Positions 8,891 to 20,572 of a stretch of 52,390 bases of DNA are shown piece by piece (the first letter of the stretch is position 1; each line of letters starts with the position of its first letter). The notes beneath the pieces were generated by a model. It searched no databases. It was not told the DNA's origin and worked only from the letters and a program-made list of their open reading frames with translations. The position numbers were made by a program, and so were the translations under genes. Source of the stretch: an uncultured Archangium sp. (GTDB taxonomy: Bacteria > Myxococcota > Myxococcia > Myxococcales > Myxococcaceae); the NCBI GenBank assembly GCA_937875615.1, contig CALNBU010000553.1, forward strand, positions 1 to 52,390, read 5' to 3'.

Positions 8891-11254
8891 ATGGCTGAGG
8901 TACCAAACAGCCCGCCGCGGCCGGCGTGGGCTTCGGGCGCAGGGCTCCCGCGACCGTTGGCGTTGGGCGGCGTGCTGGTGGGCATCTCGGTGGTGGCCGC
9001 GTTCCTGTTGACGCCCGGGCTCTCCGGCCAGCGCATTCCAGAGCTCGCGCCGGAGCAGGTGGGCACGCCTTTTCACGCCTCTTCGGTGGCGGTGCTGAAG
9101 GCCAGCCGCGACTTCGAGGTGCACGACGAGGCCCAGACGCAGCGGCGCCGCGACGAGGCCCGGGCCCGGGTCCGGCCGGTGTTCGACTACTCGCCGCAGG
9201 TGGCCGCGCGGGTGAAGAGCGGCGTCAGCGCGGCGTTCTCGGCGATGCGCGAAGCGGTGGAGGCGACGCCGCTCCACGCCGAGGGCCAGAAGAAGGGCCG
9301 AGACGAGGAGCTGGTCGCCGCGCTGCGGGCGGTGAAGAGTGAGTTCGAAGAGTCGGCGGTGCTCCCCGACGACGAAGATTTCGACGTGCTGGCGGGGAGT
9401 CGGTTCTCTCCGGAGCTGGAGAAGGCCGCGCAGGACCTCATCGCCCGCGCCTACAACTCGAAGATCGTCGCCGCCCGGGAAGAGCTCTCGCGCGTCGACA
9501 ACAACGGCATCTCGGTGCGCATCGTCGGCGGCACCACCGAGTTCGAGATGCCCACCGCGGCGCCGGGAATCCTCGACCTGCGCGAGGCCGGCGCGGAGCT
9601 CGACCGCTTCGCGTCGGTGCCTGGCAACCTGCTGGCGGACAGCCCGGTGCCGGTGCGTCGGGCGGTCCTCCGCTTCGCCCGCAAGCAGCTGCGCGCCAAC
9701 CTCACCATCAACATCGCCGAGACCGAGGCGCGCCGCAAAGCCGCCCCCGACGCGGTGAAGCCGCAGGTCATCTCCATCAAGAAGGGCCAGCGCATCATCG
9801 GCGACGGAGAGCTCATCACCGAAGGGCACGTGCTGGTGACGCGCAGCATCCGGGCGCAGGCCACGGAGTTCGACCTCCTCCAGCTGCAGCTGGGGGGCGC
9901 GGGCATCGTGGCGCTGTTGGTGGCCGGGGCGTGGCTCTTCTTCTCGGCCGCGCTCAAGCAGTTCCGGCCCTCGCGGCGCGACGCGGCCTTCATGGGCCTG
10001 CTGGCGGCGGGGCTGCTGGGTGGCCTGCACCTGTGGGTGCTGGTGGCCGACGCGGTGCACGACCGCTACCCGTCGATTCCCATCGAGGCGCTGCAGTACG
10101 CCTTCCCGGTGGCCGCCGGCGCGATGCTCGCGCGCTTCGTGTTGTCGGAGTCGAGCGCGCTCTTCTTCGCGCTCATCTTCTCGTCGCTGGCCGGCATCCT
10201 GCTGGGCAACTCGCTCTCGTTCTTCCTGCTCTCGATGGTGTCGTCGATGGTGGCGGCGGACCGCATCGCGCGAGCGAAGGACCGCGCCGGCATCTTCCGC
10301 GCCGGGCTGTGGACGGGCGGGGTGTCCTTCGGCTTCGTCATCTTCGTGCAGCTGGCCGCGGCGAAGGGCTTCGGCGTCGAGGCCATGTTGTGTGGAGCGT
10401 TCGCCTTCGTCTCGGCGGCCTTCGTGCTGCCGGCGTTGGTGTTGGCGCTGACGCCCATCGCCGAGAGCCTCTTCGGCTACGCGTCGGACGTGAAGCTGCT
10501 GGAGCTGGCGAACCTCAACCACCCGGCGCTCAAGGAGCTCGTGCTCAACGCGCCGGGGACCTACCACCACAGCATCGTCATGGGCTCGCTGGTGGAGCAG
10601 GCCGCGGAGGCCATCGGGGCCAACCCGCTGTTGGCGAGGAGCTGCGCCTACTACCACGACATCGGGAAGGGTCGGAACCCGGCCTACTTCGGCGAGAACC
10701 AGAAGGCGGAGAACCTGCACGACACGCTGGCGCCCTCGATGAGCGCGGTCATCATCAAGCGCCACGTCACCGAGGGGCTGGAGATGGCGCGCGAGTACAA
10801 GCTCCCCGCGCGGGTGGCCGACGCCATCCCCGAGCACCACGGGACACGGCTGGTGGGCTTCTTCTTCCACAAGGCGCAGAAGGAGCTGGAGGGCCGCGAG
10901 GACGCGAAGCCTCTGGACGAGAGCCTGTTCCGCTACCCCGGCCCCAAGCCGCGCTCCCGCGAGACGGCGTTGGTGATGATCGCCGACGCCTGCGAGGCGG
11001 CGAGCCGCTCGATGCCCGAGCCCACGACGGAGAAGCTGCGGGCGTTGGTCCAGAAGATGATCAACATCATCTTCAGCGAAGGGCAGCTCGATGAGTGCGA
11101 GCTCACCCTCAAGGATCTGCACCTCATCGCCGAGTCCTTCACCCACACCCTGGAGGGCATCTACCACGCGCGACCGCAGTACCCGGCGGGCGCGGTGGGG
11201 GGGGGCAAGCCTCCGGAGCGCGAGGTCGTGAAGAGTCTCGCGGTCGTCAAGTGA
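8891..11254 (+). CDS. pgpH: 7TM-HD membrane phosphohydrolase (PgpH/YqfF family, cyclic-di-AMP phosphodiesterase-like)
   Basis: 787 aa with a large N-terminal extracytoplasmic region, 7 TM helices and a C-terminal HD domain (HHSIVMGSL...AYYHDIGK). It lies immediately upstream of ybeY, as in many bacteria. Confidence 0.88.
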   Translation: MAEVPNSPPRPAWASGAGLPRPLALGGVLVGISVVAAFLLTPGLSGQRIPELAPEQVGTPFHASSVAVLKASRDFEVHDEAQTQRRRDEARARVRPVFDYSPQVAARVKSGVSAAFSAMREAVEATPLHAEGQKKGRDEELVAALRAVKSEFEESAVLPDDEDFDVLAGSRFSPELEKAAQDLIARAYNSKIVAAREELSRVDNNGISVRIVGGTTEFEMPTAAPGILDLREAGAELDRFASVPGNLLADSPVPVRRAVLRFARKQLRANLTINIAETEARRKAAPDAVKPQVISIKKGQRIIGDGELITEGHVLVTRSIRAQATEFDLLQLQLGGAGIVALLVAGAWLFFSAALKQFRPSRRDAAFMGLLAAGLLGGLHLWVLVADAVHDRYPSIPIEALQYAFPVAAGAMLARFVLSESSALFFALIFSSLAGILLGNSLSFFLLSMVSSMVAADRIARAKDRAGIFRAGLWTGGVSFGFVIFVQLAAAKGFGVEAMLCGAFAFVSAAFVLPALVLALTPIAESLFGYASDVKLLELANLNHPALKELVLNAPGTYHHSIVMGSLVEQAAEAIGANPLLARSCAYYHDIGKGRNPAYFGENQKAENLHDTLAPSMSAVIIKRHVTEGLEMAREYKLPARVADAIPEHHGTRLVGFFFHKAQKELEGREDAKPLDESLFRYPGPKPRSRETALVMIADACEAASRSMPEPTTEKLRALVQKMINIIFSEGQLDECELTLKDLHLIAESFTHTLEGIYHARPQYPAGAVGGGKPPEREVVKSLAVVK

Positions 11255-11694
11255 CGTTGCGGGTGCTGTGCACGTCGCGCTCGTCGCAGGCGCCGCGCCT
11301 CGTCGCGTTGGCGCAGCGCTTCGCCGAGGTCCTCAGGCTGCCCACCTCGGAGCTGTCGTTGTCGCTGGTGCGAGACGCGCAGATCCGCGTGCTCAAGCGC
11401 GACTACTTCGGCGTCGACGCGCCCACCGACGTGCTGTCGTTCCCGGCGGGCGACTTTCCCGGGCCAGGTCCCCGGCCGCTCGGTGACATCGTCATCTCGC
11501 TCGACACCGCGCGGCGCGCGGCCGGCGAGTTCGACTCGACCTACGAGCGGGAGCTGGCGCTCTACCTGGCGCACGGGCTGCTGCACCTGCTGGGCTACGA
11601 CCACACGACGAGGCCGCAGGCGCGCCGCATGGAGAAGTTGGAACGCAAACTGTTGGGGCACGCAGGGATGTTGGCGCGGAGCGTCGAGCTGTAG
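11251..11694 (+). CDS. ybeY: rRNA maturation endoribonuclease YbeY
   Basis: GTG at 11251 overlaps the pgpH stop (GTGA). Zinc motif HGLLHLLGYDH. Confidence 0.9.
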   Translation: MTLRVLCTSRSSQAPRLVALAQRFAEVLRLPTSELSLSLVRDAQIRVLKRDYFGVDAPTDVLSFPAGDFPGPGPRPLGDIVISLDTARRAAGEFDSTYERELALYLAHGLLHLLGYDHTTRPQARRMEKLERKLLGHAGMLARSVEL

Positions 11695-11742
11695 TCGCAA
11701 CAACTACCCAAAGAGGTCGCGACTCAGTAAGGGGCCCGGCCG

Positions 11743-13368
11743 ATGAGCGAATCAGCCGCCGCCGCCCCTGCTGCACCGGAAGTCGCCAAAGAGAACAAGA
11801 TGCCATCGAGCATCTGGTTCATCGTCAGCAACGAGTTCGCCGAGCGTTTCTGCTTCTACGGCATCAACTCGATTCTGGTGGCCTACATGGTGAGCCACAT
11901 GAAGTTCCCTGACGGGAAGGCGCTCGCCTGGGGTGCGCTCTTCAAGTCGGCGGCCTACTTCTTCCCGGTGTTGGGGGCCGTCATCTCCGACGTCTTCTGG
12001 GGGAAGTTCCGGACCATCTTCGTCTTCTCGATTCTCTACGCGACTGGTTGCGTGTGCCTCGCGCTCTTCGGGAGCAGCGAGTTCGCGCTGGTGGCGAGCC
12101 TCGGGTTGGTGGCCCTGGGAACCGGTGGCATCAAGCCCTGCGTATCGACCAACGTCGGTGACCAGTTCAGTGCGAAGAACGCGCACCTCATCGAGCGTGC
12201 GTTTTCGCTGTTCTACATGGCCATCAACGCCGGTTCGTCGATCTCCATCTTCATGTGCCCGTGGTTGCTCGACCATCCGAATTGGGGCCCGAAGTGGGCG
12301 TTCGGAATGCCAGCGATCATGATGGTGCTGGCCACCATCGTGTTCGTAGCCGGCAAGGCGAAGTACGTGATGGTTCCGCCAGCCGGCAAGGCGTGGCTCA
12401 AGGAGGTCTTCTCTCCAGATGGGCTGAAGCTCATCGCCAAACTCGGCGTGCTCTATGTCTTCGTCGCGCTCTTCTGGTCGCTGTGGGACCAGTCGAACGG
12501 AGGTGCCCTGGTGCTGCAGGCCAAGTCGCCGCTCATGGACAAGAGCATCTTCGGGATCTTCACCTTCAAGCCTGCGCAGGTACAGGTCGTGAACGGCCTC
12601 TTCATTTTGCTGCTGGCGCCAGTCTTCTCGTACGGCATCTACCCGGCGGTGAACAAGTTCGTGAAGGTGACACCGTTGCGCAAAATCGGCGCGGGGTTGG
12701 TAGTCATCGGCATCTCCTTCATCGTGGTTGGGTGGATCGAGGACGAGATCATGGCCGGTCGCACCGTGTCGGTGTGGTGGCAGCTGCTGGCCTACTTGAT
12801 CCTCACGGCTTCCGAGTTGCTGGTGTCTGTCACCGCACTGGAGTTTTCGTACAAGCAGGCGCCGCTGCGCATCAAGAGCTTCATCATGGCGCTCTTCTTG
12901 TTGTCGACCACGCTGGGAAATCTGGTGGTGGCTGCGGTGAATCTGGTGTCGGTGAAGCCGGTGAAGGTCGAGAAGATTGAGACCGGGGCGCAGACCTGGG
13001 TCACGCTCGAGGGGGCCGCCGACTTCGTGCCTGGTCAGAAGATCGACTTTACCGACAAGGCCGGAATCATGACGGTGTCGCTCGACGACAAGGGACAGCC
13101 CGAAGAGAAGGCCCTTGAGGGAACGTACCTGGTGGCGGAGGTCGAGACATCCCGCGTACGCATCATGACGGTGGAGCGGCAGGACCTGTCGACCAAGGGT
13201 GGCTTCAGCGGCCTGGACTCGGTGTCGACCTATTCCCTGGTTGGGTCTGCCTACTATTGGTTCTTCATCGCCATCATCTGGATTGCCGCGTTGGTGTTCG
13301 CGGTCTACGCGAAGTTCTACAAAGAGCAGGATTTCGTGCGCACTGATGAAGGGGCCGCCGCCGCGTGA
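11743..13368 (+). CDS. POT/PTR2-family proton-dependent oligopeptide transporter with an extra soluble loop domain
   Basis: PTR2 signatures ERFCFYGINSILVAYM and GGIKPCVSTNVGDQF. 541 aa. A ~95-aa hydrophilic insert precedes the last TM helix. Confidence 0.9.
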   Translation: MSESAAAAPAAPEVAKENKMPSSIWFIVSNEFAERFCFYGINSILVAYMVSHMKFPDGKALAWGALFKSAAYFFPVLGAVISDVFWGKFRTIFVFSILYATGCVCLALFGSSEFALVASLGLVALGTGGIKPCVSTNVGDQFSAKNAHLIERAFSLFYMAINAGSSISIFMCPWLLDHPNWGPKWAFGMPAIMMVLATIVFVAGKAKYVMVPPAGKAWLKEVFSPDGLKLIAKLGVLYVFVALFWSLWDQSNGGALVLQAKSPLMDKSIFGIFTFKPAQVQVVNGLFILLLAPVFSYGIYPAVNKFVKVTPLRKIGAGLVVIGISFIVVGWIEDEIMAGRTVSVWWQLLAYLILTASELLVSVTALEFSYKQAPLRIKSFIMALFLLSTTLGNLVVAAVNLVSVKPVKVEKIETGAQTWVTLEGAADFVPGQKIDFTDKAGIMTVSLDDKGQPEEKALEGTYLVAEVETSRVRIMTVERQDLSTKGGFSGLDSVSTYSLVGSAYYWFFIAIIWIAALVFAVYAKFYKEQDFVRTDEGAAAA

Positions 13369-13814
13369 CGGACCTGCGAGTCATCAACGTCGACCTGTCG
13401 GAGCTGCGCCTGGCCTTCGAGGCCGAGACGCAGGATCTTCCCTGGTACCTCGACACCGACACCGGCGCGGTGTTGCTGGCTACGCCCGAGTACGATCCCG
13501 CCCAGCACGGCGGGCTCACCCTGGCCACCATCGAGGCCGACACGCAGCGCTTCCTGCGCGTGCCGCCCTCCAACCCCGACCAGCTCATCGCCGACATGCG
13601 CGAGTTCGCCGATGAGTCTGGCGACGCCCAGCTCAAGGAGTCGCTCGAGCTGGCGCTCTCCGCGCCGAGGCCCGACAAGCGCTTCAAGACGGTGCTGTCG
13701 TGGTTGCCCGAGCAACAGGCGCAGTGGAGCGCCTGGCGTCAACGCCGCACGCTGGAGCGGGTGACGGTCTGGTTGAGCTCCAACGGCCTGGTGGCCAGGG
13801 CGCGTGTGGCATGA
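13365..13814 (+). CDS. UPF0158-family cytoplasmic protein
   Basis: GTGA overlap upstream and ATGA overlap downstream. The pattern WYLDTDTG...RFKTVLSWLPEQQAQWSAWRQ...WLSSNGL resembles UPF0158, as recalled from memory. Confidence 0.55.
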   Translation: MTDLRVINVDLSELRLAFEAETQDLPWYLDTDTGAVLLATPEYDPAQHGGLTLATIEADTQRFLRVPPSNPDQLIADMREFADESGDAQLKESLELALSAPRPDKRFKTVLSWLPEQQAQWSAWRQRRTLERVTVWLSSNGLVARARVA

Positions 13815-15361
13815 CGACGGAGACGGCGAAGACGAAGCTGCCGCCGCAGATTCGGTACATCATCGGCAACGAGGCCGCGGAGCGCTTCAGCTTCTACGGC
13901 ATGCGCAACGTGCTGACCGACTTCCTGTCGGCGCACCTGCTGGTGACGTTGGCCGCCACGCAGTTGGAGCGTGAAGCCATGGCCAAGGAGGTGTTCCACA
14001 CCTTCGCCATGGGCGTGTACTTCTTCCCGTTGCTCGGCGGCTGGTTGGCCGACCGGGTGCTGGGCAAGTACCGCGTCATCCTCTGGCTCTCGCTGGTGTA
14101 CTGCGTGGGGCAGGCGCTGCTGGTGTTCAGCACGGGGAGCCAGACCGGCTTCTACGCCGGCCTGTTGCTCATCGCGCTGGGCAGCGGAGGCATCAAGCCC
14201 TGCGTATCGGCCTTCGTGGGTGACCAGTTCGACTCTTCGAACAAGCACCTGGCGAAGGTGGTGTTCGACGCCTTCTACTTCATCATCAACTTCGGCTCGT
14301 TCTTCGCCTCGCTGCTCATCCCTCCGCTGCTCAAGTCGGGCTACGTGCGCCTGACCTTCGCGGTGCCGGCGGTGTTGATGGCAGTGGCGGTGGTCATCTT
14401 CTACGCGGGCCGCCACAAGTACGTGAACGTGGCGCCGGCGGCGAAGGACCCCGACTCCTTTCTCAACGTGTGCCGCACCGCGCTCTTCGGGCGTGGGTTG
14501 AACGCGGGCTCGGCGCTGGTGCTGGCGGGCGCCGTGTTGGCGCTGGGCTCCTTCGCGCTGTGGCCGTACCTGCACGCGGTACCCACCATCTGTCTCGCGC
14601 TGGTGGTGTTCCTGGTCTTCGGCGGCGTGGGCGCGTCACTGCGGGTGGACCAGGCGCGCGGCGCGCACCCAGACGAGGCCGTCGACGGCGTGAAGGCGGT
14701 GTTGAAGGTGCTGGTGTTGTTCGCGCTGGTGACGCCCTTCCATTCGCTCTTCGACCAGAAGGCCACCACCTGGGTATTGCAGGGCAACGCCATGGAGCTG
14801 CCCGGGTGGAGCTGGTTCAAGACCGCGTCGCAGATGCAGGCGGTGAACCCGATTCTGGTGATGCTGCTCATCCCCTTCAACAACGTGGTGCTCTTCCCGC
14901 TCCTGCGGAGGTTCGGGGTCGAGCCCACGCCGCTGCGTCGCATGGGCACGGGGTTGGTCTTCGCCGGCGGCTCCTGGGTGGTGGTGGCGTTGATGCAGCA
15001 GATGATGGACGGCGGCGCGAAGTTGTCGGTGCTGTGGCAGCTGCTCCCGTACTTCCTGCTCACGCTGGGCGAGGTGCTGGTGTCGGCGACCGGCCTCGAG
15101 TTTGCGTACAGTCAGGCGCCCGCGCGCCTCAAGGGCGTGCTGATGTCGTTCTGGATGCTCGCCACCACGGTGGGCAACCTCTGGGTGCTGCTCGCCAACG
15201 CCAGCGTGAAGAGCGAGGGCGTCACCCGCTACCTCACCGCGCAGGGCTGGGGCGTCATCTCGTCGCAGATGTACTTCTTCGCCTTCTTCGCCTTCGCCTC
15301 CGCGGCGGTGTTCGCGCTCTACGCGCGCGGCTACAAGGTGGCCGACCACTACCGGAAGTAG
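13811..15361 (+). CDS. POT/PTR2-family oligopeptide transporter (second paralogue)
   Basis: Internal ATG overlaps the upstream stop. Signatures ERFSFYGMRNVLTDFL and GGIKPCVSAFVGDQF. Confidence 0.9.
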   Translation: MTTETAKTKLPPQIRYIIGNEAAERFSFYGMRNVLTDFLSAHLLVTLAATQLEREAMAKEVFHTFAMGVYFFPLLGGWLADRVLGKYRVILWLSLVYCVGQALLVFSTGSQTGFYAGLLLIALGSGGIKPCVSAFVGDQFDSSNKHLAKVVFDAFYFIINFGSFFASLLIPPLLKSGYVRLTFAVPAVLMAVAVVIFYAGRHKYVNVAPAAKDPDSFLNVCRTALFGRGLNAGSALVLAGAVLALGSFALWPYLHAVPTICLALVVFLVFGGVGASLRVDQARGAHPDEAVDGVKAVLKVLVLFALVTPFHSLFDQKATTWVLQGNAMELPGWSWFKTASQMQAVNPILVMLLIPFNNVVLFPLLRRFGVEPTPLRRMGTGLVFAGGSWVVVALMQQMMDGGAKLSVLWQLLPYFLLTLGEVLVSATGLEFAYSQAPARLKGVLMSFWMLATTVGNLWVLLANASVKSEGVTRYLTAQGWGVISSQMYFFAFFAFASAAVFALYARGYKVADHYRK

Positions 15362-15888
15362 TTCGCCGGGCGGTCGAGGCGGTAGATGAAGCGTGGCCGC
15401 GCCACGCCGAAGACCTGCACCGCCTCCTGGTGGCTCACCGTGGCCCCCAGCTTCTCGAGGGCCCGACGGCTGCGCAGGTTCTCCTCGCTGATCTGGAACC
15501 ACACCGTCTTCGCCCAGCGGAAGGCGTGGTCCAGCATCAGGCGCTTGAGCTCGGTGTTGGTGCCATCACCCCAGCGCGCGCGGGCCAGGAAGGTGTAGCC
15601 GATGATGACCGAGGCGTCTGCGGGGCTCCAGTCGTAGAACTTCGACGCGCCGATGAGGTGACCGGGCGCGTCCTCCACCACCACGCCGCCGCCGCTGTGC
15701 AGGAGCCCGTTGAAGTAGCGCTCGAACAGCTGCGGCTCGTGGCGGTTCTTCTCGGAGTGCTGCGCCCACACCTGCGGGTCGCTCGCGGCGTGCAGCGCCG
15801 CCAGATCTCCGGCGCGTAGGGGACGGACGGTGAGTCGGTCGCCGCGCAGCGTCGGCTGCCAATCGGGTGGCTGGGGGTCGGGCGTCAT
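15349..15888 (-). CDS. GNAT-family N-acetyltransferase
   Basis: 179 aa. GYTFLARARWGDGTNTELKRLMLDHAF...NLRSRRALEKLGA is a typical GNAT (RimJ/L-like) core. Confidence 0.8.
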   Translation of the reverse strand: MTPDPQPPDWQPTLRGDRLTVRPLRAGDLAALHAASDPQVWAQHSEKNRHEPQLFERYFNGLLHSGGGVVVEDAPGHLIGASKFYDWSPADASVIIGYTFLARARWGDGTNTELKRLMLDHAFRWAKTVWFQISEENLRSRRALEKLGATVSHQEAVQVFGVARPRFIYRLDRPANYFR

Positions 15889-15931
15889 GGGCGCATCCTC
15901 ACCGATGGCGGCGCGGCGGGGCTCGAAAAGT

Positions 15932-16516
15932 CTACGTCGCGGCGCGGACGTAGTGGGCGAGGCCGCGCGGCTCGCCGCCCGACCAGTCGCGGGTGTTCAT
16001 GGCGTCGAAGAGGCGGCGGGTCTCCACCAGCCACGGACCGAAGCCGGCGTTGACGTCCAGCACCAGCACCAGATCTTCGTCCGCCAGGTAGCCGCCGAGG
16101 GGCGAGTGGTGTCCGCCGCCGCTCCCGAAGAGCGGCGCGCGGGAAAAGTTGGTGATGAAGCGGTGCGCTGGATCATTCGCCCGTCGGAGGTGCGCGCGCA
16201 GGGCGTCGACGTCGCGCGGGCGCACGGCCTCGACGCGCCAGTCGGAAGGCAACAGCGCCGCTGATTCACCCACGACGTCCTCGAGGCTCATGGCGCGTAC
16301 GCCGAAGCGACTGAAGGGGTTGGGGGCTGCCTTCACGTCGAGGCTGCGCAGCACGTTGCAGACGCTGGTGGGGCCACAGATGGCGTTCCAGGTCTGTGAC
16401 TGAAGCGGGGCGTACCGCCGGGCGACGGGCAGCGCCCAGGCCGCGCGGAGCAGCGCCGGGTCCTGGTACCCCGGGTCGGCGCGGATGGAGGTGAAGGGCA
16501 GGGGAGCGCGACGCAC
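15932..16516 (-). CDS. Phytochelatin-synthase-like papain-fold cysteine peptidase (short bacterial form)
   Basis: A candidate Cys-His-Asp triad lies in PCS-like contexts. These are QSQTWNAICGPTSVCNVLRSL (Cys), GGGHHSPLGGY (His) and LVLVLDVNAGFGPWLVETRRLFDAM (Asp plus the PCS-like tail). Confidence 0.65.
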   Translation of the reverse strand: MRRAPLPFTSIRADPGYQDPALLRAAWALPVARRYAPLQSQTWNAICGPTSVCNVLRSLDVKAAPNPFSRFGVRAMSLEDVVGESAALLPSDWRVEAVRPRDVDALRAHLRRANDPAHRFITNFSRAPLFGSGGGHHSPLGGYLADEDLVLVLDVNAGFGPWLVETRRLFDAMNTRDWSGGEPRGLAHYVRAAT

Positions 16517-16556
16517 GTCGAGGACTTAACCGCCGCCTCGCCGCTTCGCAGGCGAC

Positions 16557-19418
<2,862 letters not shown>

Positions 19419-19433
19419 GAGGGTGGCTCATGC

Positions 19434-19451
19434 TCAGAACAGGTGTTCAGG
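19434..19451 (-). promoter_or_regulatory. LexA-box-like near-dyad upstream of uvrA
   Basis: The minus strand reads CTGAACACCTGTTCTGA and the plus strand CAGAACAGGTGTTCAGG. Each matches 15 of 17 positions of the Myxococcus LexA box CTRHAMRYBYGTTCAGS as I recall it. The site ends about 15 nt before the uvrA ATG. Confidence 0.3.
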
Positions 19452-19486
19452 TCAAGCAGACTTTCGGTGAGGCGCCCGCCGCCCGG

Positions 19487-20572
19487 CTACTGCAGGGTCA
19501 CCTGGTCGCCGGTCACGAAGCGGGTCCCCTGGACGACCGCGCAGGTGGTGACCTTGCCGTTGAGGTGGCCGACCACCTGCAACACGCCGACGTCGTCACC
19601 GGCCTCGCGGCCCAACACCTGGCCGGTGGTGGGGTCGATGATCTCCGGGCCCAGGCGGCGCACCACCAACGTGGAGCCCACCTGCATGCCGCTCTCGGAG
19701 CCGGCGGTGATGTAGACCTTGCCCCGCGCCACGCTGGCCACCGAGCCCGACCACGGCTTGTTGGCCGCCGACGCCACCAGCTTGTTCATCATGGAGTGGA
19801 TGGCGGCGTAGAGCGCCTTCTTCCCCAGCGTGTCGTCCTGCGTGGCCTTGCCGCCGCCGAGGATGACCGCGCTCGACTGGATGGCCTCGCCCTCGCCGCT
19901 CTCCGCGGCCCAGGTCTCGCCGGTCGTCACGTCGACCATCCGCAGCGACACCCGCGCGTGGTACTTCATGGAGTCCTTCTGGAAGTAGCCGCCGAAGCCC
20001 GACTTGCTGTGGATGACGTTCAGATCGGTGATCTTCCCGGTGATGATGGCCTGCACGCCCAGCAGCTGCCCCATCTTCGCGGCCGACTTCGGGTTGATGA
20101 GCCCGCTGGCGCCCAGCTGCTGCTCGCCCAGCACCCGGTTGAGCTGCTCACGCTCGATGACGATGAAGGCGCCGGAGTTGTGGAGGGACTCGGTCACCAC
20201 GTCGGCCGCCGCCGCGGCCAGGGCCCGCCGGTTGCCGCTGTAGCCCTGGTACTGCGCCACGTCCTCGAAGTTCACGACCGCCACCCGGCGACGCAGCCCG
20301 GTGGTCACCGCCGTCTGTCCGGGCGACAGCATGGGGCCGGTGGCCCGCTCGGGTGCGGTCTGCTCCATGAGCGGCGGCGGAGGCGGGGGCGGGGGATCCT
20401 GTGGCGAGTAGTCAGCGGGGCCCTGCTGGGCGTACCCGGGCGGGAGCTGCTGTTGCGCCTGCGCCGCCAGGCGGGCTTCACGGGCCGCTCGCCGACGGGC
20501 GCGTCGCCCGGCGCAGCCGGAGAGCGAGGAGAGAACGAGGGCAATCATCAACAGGGTCGAGAACTTCTTCAT
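19487..20572 (-). CDS. CsgG-family lipoprotein with a long Arg/Pro-rich tether and a C-terminal beta domain
   Basis: Lipobox LSSLSG|C. The CsgG-like core is VAVVNFEDV...FIVIEREQLNRVLGEQQLGASG...LLGVQAIITGKITD. A poly-Pro tract (PPPPPPPP) follows the lipid Cys region. Confidence 0.72.
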   Translation of the reverse strand: MKKFSTLLMIALVLSSLSGCAGRRARRRAAREARLAAQAQQQLPPGYAQQGPADYSPQDPPPPPPPPLMEQTAPERATGPMLSPGQTAVTTGLRRRVAVVNFEDVAQYQGYSGNRRALAAAAADVVTESLHNSGAFIVIEREQLNRVLGEQQLGASGLINPKSAAKMGQLLGVQAIITGKITDLNVIHSKSGFGGYFQKDSMKYHARVSLRMVDVTTGETWAAESGEGEAIQSSAVILGGGKATQDDTLGKKALYAAIHSMMNKLVASAANKPWSGSVASVARGKVYITAGSESGMQVGSTLVVRRLGPEIIDPTTGQVLGREAGDDVGVLQVVGHLNGKVTTCAVVQGTRFVTGDQVTLQ

